Source: Catajapyx aquilonaris (taxonomy: Eukaryota). From it: a stretch of 64,000 nt of DNA. The position numbers were made by a program, and so were the translations under genes. The DNA lies in contig JYFJ02001034.1 in NCBI GenBank assembly GCA_000934665.2, positions 1-64,000 of the forward strand, read 5' to 3'. The notes under the pieces were generated by a model that was not told the origin of the DNA, made no database searches, and worked only from the letters and a program-made list of their open reading frames with translations. Position 1 is the stretch's first letter. Every line of letters begins with the position of its first letter. This document shows positions 27,226 to 38,400 of this stretch, piece by piece.

Positions 27226-27270
27226 GGTATCACGTAACGCATCTCTTTCTAGACAGTATATAACACCAGG
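27226..27270 (+). promoter_or_regulatory. Promoter of secreted gene A: GGTATCACGTAA motif plus TATA box (TATATAACACCAG)
   Basis: The same two motifs recur upstream of gene C (31931 GGTATCGCGTAA; ~31998 TATATAACACCAG). Gene B has TATATAAG at ~29082. Confidence 0.6.
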
Positions 27271-27307
27271 GGACCAAGGTGATAGTCCAGAAGACTTGTT
27301 GGCAGCC

Positions 27308-28548
27308 ATGAAAGTCTTCCTCATACTCGTGCTGTTGGCCACTGTCGCCACTGCAGACCTCGTCAACAAACGGGTAAGTCTAAGTGGAAGGTATGCGTAC
27401 CATTTCAATGACTATCATTGTTACAGAGCGATGTTGGACAAGAGGACGATGGCTCAGGCGGTGAGGAACAGTTCGGTAAGTACCGGTACGGCCAGAGAGT
27501 ACTCCGAAGACATGGTACATGACCATATTTGCAGATGAAGCAGTGGAAGCAGAAGTAGAAGAAGAGTTGGAACAGGAGGCTGAACAGGAGGCTGAACAGG
27601 AAGCTGAACAGGAGGCTGAACAGGAGGCTGAACAGGAAGCTGAACAGGAGGCTGAACAGGAGGCTGAACAGGAGGCTGAACAGGAGGCTGAACAGGAGGC
27701 TGAACAGGATGCTGGACGTGCCCGTCGACAAATTTACAGTAAGTTGACCCACATGTTCCACTAATGGTCATCTATTCCTTCGACATTACCTTGCAGTGGG
27801 GGACACTGACCCGGACAGCAACAAGCAGTATGCGGAGGACTTCAATCCGGGTATGCAGGACGATGGGACAATCGGGGATGGCCATGAGGGACATGGGGCC
27901 GATCCAAGTATGGCTGATGGCGTGCTGGAAGGAGGAGGAGGAGGAGACGGTGGTAATGGGTCATCAGGTGGATTGACGCCAGACCTTGGCCTTGGTGGAG
28001 GTGAAGGAGGGTCAGGAAGCGACGGAGGGTCAGGGAATGACGGAGGTTCTGGCGGATCAGGAGGGATGGTACCAGAGTTACCAGACCTTGGTGGTGGCGA
28101 TGGAGGTGACGGAGGTGGAAATGACGGAGGTGGAAATGACGGAGGGTCCGGAGGGATGGTACCAGAGTTACCAGACCTTGGTGGTGGCGATGGAGGTGAC
28201 GGAGGTGACCAAGGTTCATCTGGGAGTGACAGCGGGTCAGGAAATGACAACACCAACACTAACGATGGCCACAACGACAACAACAACAACAACAACAACA
28301 ACAACGGCGGACACAACGACAACCATCATCACAGTGGAGAACACAACAACAACAACAATCATCACAGTGGAGAACAACACAACAGTGGACACAGCCATGG
28401 ACAACCCCAAGGTCATGGCCAGCAGGCTCATGGAGGGTCACACCGAGGTGGTGGATTTCGTGGAGGTCATGGTCGTCCTAGAGGACATGGCCGTGTAGGA
28501 TTAATTGGTTTTAGGATGGGCCATGGTGGAGGCAGAAGGGGTCATTAA
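27308..28548 (+). CDS. Secreted low-complexity protein A; exons 27308-27373, 27427-27475, 27535-27738, 27797-28548
   Basis: Signal MKVFLILVLLATVATA, KR site, acidic prosegment with ~12 EQEA-type repeats, RARR-QIY, GDGHEGH, Gly/Asp repeats (GGMVPELPDLGGGDGGDGG x2), Asn/His run, Arg/Gly/His tail. Canonical splice sites, upstream TATA, downstream AATAAA. Confidence 0.85.
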
Positions 28549-29138
28549 TTAGGTGTCCCTTAATTAACTGGTACATGATGTGAATTCGAAACAGTAAATG
28601 TACAAGTACAATAAATGTTTATGCATAGAACCATGAAGTAGTGTCATTGGCTGTTAACATGTTTTTCTCCCCATCCCTTCAATGACTCCCTTGTAACGAT
28701 CCTACATACAAGATAACAGACAATAGAAATCATCTGAGCAATGCTAATTACTTTTACTCATTACAAAATATTCTGCATCACTATACTTATTGCGCCACAT
28801 ATAACAATGAAACATCGAACTGAATTAAATTGTTGCCACGTACGTCTCAGGTATTGAAAACTCACTTTTCCAATGCCAACACCGCATCTGGTTGTAACAA
28901 TACTTCATTTATAAAACCTTCATGTAAACCACATTACATTTTACAAGCCCGCATGTTACGCAAGTGCTGCGTAAGTGTGGTAGCTGCGTACATGACAACA
29001 ATGTCAGCATCAATCAACACACAATAAGTGACTAACACCTGTTGGCAAATGGTACTTCCAAGATTGGTATCTTCAGCACCATATATAAGGACCTGATCTC
29101 CGCCGTACCCTACACACTGTACACTGTACGACACCACC

Positions 29139-30132
29139 ATGAAGTTCTTGGTACTATTCGCCTCCCTGATGGTGGTCACCTCCGGCCAGCTTGGGGTAAG
29201 TCCACCATCCGATTGTTTGATATATAGTGGTTCATTGTTTGACCTCTACTTCCAGATGTACGTCCCTCCTATGTTCTGGCAGTACTTCCAAATGATGCAG
29301 GGTATGATGATGAATGGTAAGACCTTCCATATGTCGTTTTGGGACAATATGTAAGCCATTTAATTGCAGGAGGACTAAACGGCGGAGGCCGTTATTACTA
29401 CCCTGGTTATCCAGGACAGTACGCTGGAATGGGACAGTATGACGGACCTGGAATGGGACAGTATGACGGACCTGGTATGGCACCATCTGACGAACCTGAT
29501 TACGAGTCGTACACCACAAGCCAATATGAAGATATGCCGGGATACACCACTGATGGGCAGACCTTTCAGCGAAGGCAAATTGGTAAACACTCTGAGCGGC
29601 AAATGAGACAGTCCACTACTAATTAGTGTCATTGTTCATTTCAGGATTGGGCGGAGGTGGATTGGGTGGAGGTGGTGGTGGATTGGGCGGAGGCGGATTG
29701 GGCGGAGGCGGAGGTGGTGCTGGTGATGGTGCTGGTGGCGGTGCTGGTGATGGTGCTGGTGGTGCTGGTGACGCGTTAGGAGGGGGTGGGGGTTTGGGAG
29801 GAGCAGGAGACATGTTAGGAGGTGATGGTGGGTCAGGCGGGTCTGGTGGGTCTGGTGGGTCAGGTGGGTCATCGGGAACGGGTGGAGGCGACAGTCACGA
29901 CGATAACGACAGTCATCACAGTAGTGACAACAGTCATGACGACCATGATGACGGTCATGGTAATGGTGGTAACAGTCATGACGACAATCATGATGACGGT
30001 CATAGTAGTGGTGGCAACAATCATGGTGGCAATCATCATGGTGGCAGAATAATTCATGGTCGCGGCAGAAGTCATGGCGGCGGCGGCGTTCGTGGTGGAC
30101 ACGGAGGTCGTAACGGCGGACATCATGGTTAA
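29139..30132 (+). CDS. Secreted low-complexity protein B; exons 29139-29195, 29256-29316, 29370-29582, 29645-30132
   Basis: Signal MKFLVLFASLMVVTSG, Met/Tyr/Gln-rich exon 2, Tyr/Gly repeats (GMGQYDGP), FQRR-QIG, poly-Gly, His/Asp block, Arg/Gly/His tail. Confidence 0.85.
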
Positions 30133-30478
30133 ACCGATGGACATGAAATGGATGGATATGACGTCGACTCGGAATGTTAAAATTAAGCGTATACCACATG
30201 GTACTGTACTGTACCACATTGCATTACCGCAGCACTGTTTCAGTAAAGTGACCAACACCTTACATGACAGTCATGTGTACAATGTATCAGCAAATTAATA
30301 AAAATTCAATGGCTTAATAAATCAATTTCATTTACCTAAAAAATCCTATGATGATGATGGTGAAGATGATGATGATGTCTCCATGAGAAATATTACAACT
30401 CATCAGGTGGACTGATGGATACAGGCTTCTAGTACTTAATTATTACTAGAACAATGCATGATGATCACTGAAACTGTA

Positions 30479-30771
30479 TGCTTATAATAAATAAGCACAA
30501 AGTTTGTTGGTATGTTTGTCCGGGCTACCTAATCCCCTTTCGGACTACTGAGAGTACTGAAACCTGGCACACTGACGTCTTGCGTGCGGATAATTGAAGG
30601 GAAAGTCCGAAAATTGCAGTTTTTTAGGGTTTATTTTTATTTCTTTCTTTTTTATTATCTTAGGGGGGGGTGGGAATACCACCATACAGATTTTAAAGTT
30701 TAAACACCCAGATGATTTTTAAAAAAATTTGGTTTTATGAATCACCGTGCGAAGAACGGATTCCCTGCTAG
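30479..30771 (+). mobile_element. Non-autonomous Helitron-like element
   Basis: 5' TATAATAAAT..TTTGTTGGTATGTTTGT, 3' hairpin ccgt-gcgaaga-acgg followed by CTAG|T. The 5' boundary is approximate. Confidence 0.55.
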
Positions 30772-30990
30772 TTTACTAATGTAGACCTATAGCATTTTCT
30801 TATATAAAGAACTACACGTGTCAACTCAAGATCATACAACACGGCAAAGTCACAGTGTTCTGCTTGTAAAGTCCAGCCCTACCTTACCAGATGGCCATTT
30901 CCGCAAGAACTTGTGTACCTTTATGAACCCATAAATTGGGCTTTCAATGCTCAAGATTGCAACTCTAAAATTTTTGAAAATAAAGTTTAC

Positions 30991-31679
30991 AATGGGGAAG
31001 TAGCCTTCATTTTGGAAACTACACAACAAATTCGCCCATATTTTTTGGATTTTTTTGGCGTATTCCGTTTTAAGATATCAGTTTCAGTTCCGGAGATATT
31101 GGCCTTTTTTCGTAGGCAAATGGTGACGTCACTGTTTGCCTCGAAAATGTTGACGTCACGCAAAGTGAAATGAACGCAAAAATGATGTTATAGAACGCGC
31201 CCTGGCAGGGTCGTAAAATAATTCGTTGTACTGTGCTGGACACGGCTGGACATTTGAGCACTCCAAGTGTTGACTTAGTTGCCAGGTAACGGGCGTGTTT
31301 TTACTCTAAGCCGCTCAAAACGCTTTGTACGTGGCAGTGATGCCACCAGCTCGGAAATATCTGTCTCCCGAATTAGGCACATGAAGGCCCCTTTTCTCCA
31401 CCTCGATGGCCTACAGCTTCCTTGCGAATGCTTTCCGTCGTGTCCGCGGTTAATTCAAAGTCAAATTCCTCATATCTCGCAGTCAACCAGGCATTTCAGT
31501 GTACCCTTTCGATTGGCACCACCCGGCTGCCCCGTTTTTCCCGCCAATTTTGAAGGCACTTTTAAATGTGCCGTAATTTATCCAGTAATGTCATTTTGAT
31601 GCAACAGAGTGATGGAATGTATGTTTACAGGCATGGGCTAGCTAGTTATGAACAACCAGACCAAGGCTACTTCCCCATT
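30991..31679. mobile_element. Non-autonomous DNA transposon remnant with 17-bp TIRs (possibly Kolobok-like)
   Basis: aatggggaagtagcctt (30991-31007) / aaggctacttccccatt (31663-31679), with TTAA overlapping the right end. Confidence 0.6.
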
Positions 31680-32084
31680 TAACCATGTTGCTTACTATGC
31701 ATTTACGTACGTAGTTTGAGTCGTGCGATAAGACTTATTCAGTACAGCAAACATATTTTTTATAATATTTTTTTTGTATGCAATTTTTAAAAGGTACGGT
31801 TATGACACAATATACTTTCCCATGCAGTCATTGCATTGTACATTTTGTACTTGTCTTGTAAGTATCCAGATGCTTATGATAGACACAAAAAACATTGTGT
31901 AACAAGTGCCTGGTGCTGCACCTGTAAGTTGGTATCGCGTAATACCCCCGTTATTCCATCCTTTTGAAGCGCAAATATGATATGAATCGTACCAATGTTA
32001 TATAACACCAGATCAGAAGAGGTACCAAGACCAGTCAAGTCGTCTCAAGACCATCGGTACGGTGTCCCTGTCCTGAGCACAACC

Positions 32085-34658
32085 ATGAAGCTGGTCGTGT
32101 CTGTCCTTCTTGCTGTTGCGACGTTGGGATCCAGTATGCACATACCGGTATGTCAATCAAGTACCGTGTGTTTCATAATTTTCTGTACGATGTTCAATGA
32201 AACACTGACCACAATATTTACAGGATGATGTCTGGGTGCCTGATTTCCTCAGAATGATTCAAGACACGCTGATATCAGGTAAGTCCAACAATGAACGTCT
32301 GTGACAGCTGATTGTTGGTGTCCATTTTCCAGAAGGGTTTGTCCAGTCTGAGAAGGACAATGCCAACAGTACAACAGTACCACAAGAAGAAATTCGTGAA
32401 CGACGACAACAGGGTACGTCAACTGTATTGTTATTAATTGGTGACAATGGATGTGCATGGCTCATAATTTGTCACTGTTTTCCGGAGCAGTTGGCGACGG
32501 TCATCCTGGACACACTGCCAATGCAGACGACGCCAACAATGCTGGAGGTGACGGAGGAGCGGACACGTCGGCTGGCAACAATGCAGGGGTCGATGGCAAC
32601 AAAGATGTCAATACCGACGTGGGCGCAGACAAAAATTTGGAGGCTGGAAATGGCGTAGACGCAGGCGCCAGTCCGGATGTTAACAATGACGTTGGAGTTA
32701 ACAAAGATGTAGGTCTAGACAACGGCGTAGACGCAGGCGCCAGTCCGGATGTTAACAATGACGTTGGCGCCAGTAAGGATGTAGGTCTGGACAACGGCGT
32801 AGACGCAGGCGCCAGTCCGGATGTTAACAATGACGTTGGCGCCAGTAAGGATGTAGGTCTAGACAACGGCATAGACGCAGGCGCCAGTCCGGATGTTAAC
32901 AATGACGTTGGCGCCAGTAAGGATGTAGGTCTGGACAACGGCGTAGACGCAGGCGCCAGTCCAGATGTTAACAATGACGTTGGCGCCAGTAAGAATGTAG
33001 GTCTAGACAACGGCGTAGACGCAGGCGCCAGTCCAGATGTTAACAATGACGTTGGAGTCAGCAAAGATGTAGGTTTGGATAATGGCGTTGACGCAGGTGT
33101 TAATCCTGATGTTAACAATGACGTTGGCGCCAGCAAGGATGTGGGAGTAGACAATAACGCAGACGTAGGAGCCAGTCCGGATGTTAACAATGACGTTGGG
33201 GCCAGCAAAGATGTCGAGCTTGATAATGGCGTGGATGTCAGTGACAGCAAGGACATTAACAATGACGTTGGGGCCAGCAAAAATGTCGAGCTTGATAATG
33301 GCGTGGATGTCAGTGACAGCAAGGACATTAACAATGACGTTGGGGCCAGCAAAGATGTCGAGCTTGATAATGGCGTGGATGTCAGTGACAGTAAGGACAT
33401 TAACAATGACGTAAAAGCCAGCAAAGATGTTGGATTGGATAACGACGTGGACGTCAGTGACAGCAAGGACATTAACAATGACGTAAAAGCCAACAAAGAT
33501 GTTGGACTGGATAACGACGTGGACGTCAGCGACAGCAAGGATATTAACAATGACGTCAAAGCCAACAAAGATGTTGGACTGGATAACGACGTGGACGTCA
33601 GCGACAGCAAGGACATTAATAATGACGTCAAAGCCAATAAAGATGTCGGACTAGACAATAACGTAGACGCAGGTGTTAATCCAGATATTAACAATGACGT
33701 CAAAGTCAACAAAGATGTTGGATTGGACAACAACGTGGACTTAGGAGATGACCAAGAGTCTGGCACATCTGACGATGATTCCAACACCGGCAGTGATGGT
33801 GGTTCTGCAGGGAACAGCAATTCCAACAGCAACGATGGTAAAGATGGCGGTACAGGCAATACAGGAAATGACAACGGCAACGGAGGTTCTACGAGCAATG
33901 GTGGCGATGAAGGTTCTGGCAATCAAGGCGGTAATACGGGAGGATCCAACAATGATGGCAGCAATGGAGGTTCCAACGACAGTGGGAATACTGGAGGTTC
34001 CAACAATGATGGGAGCAACGGTGGTTCCAATGATGGTGGAAATAACGGAGGTTCTAATAGTGGTGGAAATAATGGAGGTTCCAACAGCGGTGGAAATAAT
34101 GGAGGTTCTAATAGTGGTGGAAATAATGGAGGTTCCAACAGCGGTGGAAATAATGCCGGGTCTAACAATGGCAATAACAATAATAACAATCACAATGACT
34201 ATCATAACAATCACAATGACAATCATAACAATCATAATTCCAACAGCGCACAGCACGGATCTGGTCAACATGGCAACAACCACCGTGGCCATAACCAGGC
34301 CCAAAACCACGGCTACAATTCCCACAACACTGCGCAAAATAACAGAGGCCATGGAAGGGGAAGTGGTTCCAGTTATGGAGAAAACAGGGGAGGTGGACGC
34401 AACAACGGTCATGGGAGGCAAACTGTAGGAAATGGGCACAAGAATAATAATGGTGGTCGTGGAGGTCAGAATGGAAACCGTGGCAATGGTGGGCATCGGA
34501 ATAATGTCGGTGCATCAAGCAACGTTGGCGTTAATCATGGCAACGGCCGTGGTCATGGAAATAATGGAGGCAATTACCGAGGAAACACAGGTGTGCATGG
34601 CAGAAACCAAGTCCGTGCCCACGGAAACGGAGGAAGAACGAACGTACGAGGACATTAA
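32085..34658 (+). CDS. Secreted low-complexity protein C; exons 32085-32147, 32224-32278, 32333-32413, 32491-34658
   Basis: Signal MKLVVSVLLAVATLGSS, RERR-QQ, GDGHPGH, ~15 tandem 24-aa Asp/Asn/Val repeats (NGVDAGASPDVNNDVGASKDVGLD), GGSNSGGNN repeats, Asn/His block, Arg/Gly/His/Asn tail, downstream AATAAA. Confidence 0.88.
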
Positions 34659-35459
34659 AATATTCACGCATAATACCAACCTGTAAAATGAATGTTAATA
34701 TCATTTGCATATATGTACTTATTATGCAAATTTAAGACTGTCAAACCTCTCCCTGGAAGTCATGTGAATAATAAATAAATTACTGGAGTAAGCATAGCCA
34801 AATATGATGCCTACATATTTATTACCTGCATTGTGTACAATAACTGACGTGTATAAAATCTCGTAACACAGTCAACAAGCCACTCTTATTCCTTTTAGAG
34901 GGGATATAATATTGTTTTGTACAAGAAGGGTTAGATACACTCTGCAAACCCTTGTTCCGTAACACGACTACATAACACCTCTTAGTAATTGCATGACTTC
35001 TGCTTCACTGAGAATATCAACTGGACTCACAAACAACCAAACAAAAAAACAGGAAAGGAACAAGAAAAAAATTACAAGTACTCTTGATTGCAGATACGAT
35101 ATTGTCTCTCATTAATTGCCCTCTGTGACCATTAACATTTGGATGCCCTCGGCATCGTGTACAGTTACATACAGTACATTTACGCACCTTGTGCCAAAAA
35201 ATGGAGCTGGGCACAAAATAAAAACTCTCATACTCCGAACATCCTTTCACCCCTAAAGCAAGAAGCTGCAGCTCTCGGGAATGCTGCACCGACGAATTAA
35301 GATGATTAGAAAAAGGAACTGAAGGTGGTGGATATGGAAAGCATAGGAATGTGCATTTGTAAAGAATAACTTGAGGAACACTCTGATTGCTTATTAACAA
35401 AGGCCCAATTTGGCACCGGATAATTACATTTGCAACCAAAAGCGAGAGTTGTTGTGTCT

Positions 35460-38400
35460 TCATGCAATAGCTTTGGCTTCTGGAAGAAACGCTTCCCAGT
35501 ACTTAATGAGCTGTGAACAGACGTAAAGGTAAGGTTAGCTTGTAATGGGAACATGGTTATTGTGTAAACAGTAAAAAACATATGCTTCCTATGCTGTTCA
35601 ATTGGCAAACTGAAATCTACAGAAACATTTTCTGATTAGAGAAGACGTCATAGGAACCAACCTGCTGTTGCTGATTCATTAGGGTTTCCAGGTAAGTAAC
35701 AATGAGGATCTTGAAGTCTCTCACTCGCGTCAGATCAAACTGCTCCACCTCTTTTTTAATCATCTTGGAGATGTTCTCAAACTCCTCTTGGCCCCTTTCA
35801 ACCTTGGATTCCCACTAAAGATGACAAAAACAGAAGTTTTCAGAGTAATCGCAAATGCTAACATGAGCGAAATACAGGTGCATGTCAAACAATGTAGTGG
35901 CAATTTAAGTCAACAATAATAAAATCCCTCTTTAGTTGCTCTGGTTGGTGCAAGATGGGTGCCACTAAAATTCGTGGACTTAACGTGACTGGAAATCATG
36001 AATGGAAGTGTCTCTGACCTCAATAACCTCCTCTCTCGCTTGTCCAACTTTGTCCATCTTTCCTGCCAGCTCAAGTTTCGTCTTCTGCTCCCTCTTTTTA
36101 GTCAACATCTGCTGGGCATGCTGCCATGTCTGGAACACCTTTACTCGCTCATGGAACACATCCTGAAAAGTTGGTCATAAAATTACAAGTCATACAATCC
36201 CTACAAATTCCTTACCTTGATGGCGCCAATGAGCGCAATGTAATCTTTCAAAAGTTCCGACATCAAGAAGAAGTCCGCATTGCCTTGTTCATTGTGCACT
36301 TGTTCCACCTGACAATAATAAGTACAAAATTAGGTTGCAGTTTCGTCTTTCCCATTGCACCCTGTTCAGGAACACCGCAAAACAATGCAAAACTGCATTT
36401 CCAATGTTCCTGGACAGACCTATTCACAGTGCAACCCCAGTTACCTTTTCCTCAACTTCCGCAAGCTGCGAGAGTGCCCTAGAGAGTGAGGTGTGCTCTT
36501 CACAGTTGCTGAGCATAGCAGCACTCCTGGCAAAAGATGCTGTAGAAGTGGAGAGCTCCTTCCTCTGCATGATCAAAGCCTCCACACTGGCATGTAGCTT
36601 GCGGAGCTGCAGGTCCATGTTCTCCACTTGTTGCACTTTCTCTTCGAACCACTCGATAGAACAAGACGGAATGCAATTATTGACCTGCACATAAGTCACG
36701 CCATATGTGATTCTACAGGGCAATCCAAAAATTTAGACAATCTCTTACATAAATATACAACAAGAAACATTTGAAGGGCACACTAAAAGCTGTGAGATAT
36801 TCCCATCAACTGCAGGATCTGTTACGAAATCATTCCAGACATATGTAGCAGGAAAAATTATAAGTGTATGAATTGAAATGAAAGTGTTTCTAAGACTCCC
36901 TGCTATAGATTTTGAACCGTTTCATTCTGAAAAAACCGTTCAAGGTGCAGCTCTACATTTGGGTATCATAATCTGTGATGGCCGACATAACACAAGTTCA
37001 TGCCACAGAGTAGAACCTGTTTAAAACAAATTGAACAGTGCCACGAGATCGACATCGAATGTGTCTCGCTCTCAGTTGCCAACAACACTTTGTTATAAAA
37101 ATTTGAATAAAATTCGTACACTTTCCAGACACATCCTGGGACAGAACCTTTGTGGCACTGTACGGCCATAGGCATGGCTGTAATACACAAAATGTTCTCT
37201 CATGTGCTGCTAAAGGGTCTTTCACCATCAGCACCTAGGCCTGCAATTATTTATTATTCATTTCATTGCAATATGCACAATTTGTACCATAGAACCAATT
37301 AGAATTACAAGAAAATTTTCTTGGCGCAGTCTAGCCATTGCTGCTGTTGCGCCAATAAACCATCCCTCAATCAATCAATCAACAAGAAATTTTACTGCAG
37401 TTAATATAACTATACCTTATGCTCCTTAATTGCCACATAAAAAGAAAAGAAAACGAGAATTAGTTCAGGACAATTTTTCACACTTACACCAAACTATATC
37501 CAATTAGTTAACGACTGACATTTGGATTAATCCTCCTCATACTTCCATAAGGAATGTGCATGCGGAACAGGAAATAATTTTGTGAAGACAGAACAAACAG
37601 CTTTGAGCCCATAAATCAAGCAGAAACAGTCAACTTTAATCACATTGGGTGGAATATGCATCCCACTGCTAGTTACTGCTAACTTAGCAGTAACTAGTAA
37701 TGGGACGAACGACCCATTTCGTTTTGCAATTTGTTCGAGGTTAATGCAAGCTTACAAGCACAAAATGGGTAAAAGCAAGTACTGTAGCCCATATCTTCCT
37801 TCATGTCCCCATTGCAAAAGATTATATTTAACCTTCAATAGGAGATATGAATTTTATCCATATGTTTATACTTAAGTTACAGGAGGGCTAGATATGACAA
37901 CATAATGCCACATTTTTATGAAAATGTTAATACCATATAAACTTGTATCTTTAAAAAAAGACAAAAAACAAAACAAAAGTTTGAAGCCAAGCAATAGCCG
38001 GGTCTACTATGATTTTTGGTGGTTAGTAAAAGCCTGTTTAAAACAGATTCTACTGCAATGGCAGCTGAAAGCATGATTGTTTATATCAGACAGTGATATC
38101 TGCACAAAATTACACGTTTGTTTCAATTATTATCAGTGGGAAATAATTTCTATTTTTAAACTGTCATACGTAGCACTGCCGTCCCAAGGAAAAAGCCGTA
38201 CCTGCAAAACCGTTAGTCGACTTGCTAGTGCTCGAGAGCGGGAAAGTCGACTCTAACGGTTTTGCAGATACTGGTTTTTTCCATGGGACGGCAGAGCAGG
38301 CAGCTTTATAGCCCAAACAGAAACACTTGACTTTACGGTACACTGCAAATGTTGCCAATTGTAAGAAGGACAATGTACCTGTAGGTTTTCACATGTTTAA

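Noticed and set aside
32501..33922. 473-aa antisense ORF and other antisense ORFs over genes A, B and C
   Set aside because: Stop-free shadows of repetitive coding sequence; signal peptides, splice sites and TATA boxes support the plus strand.
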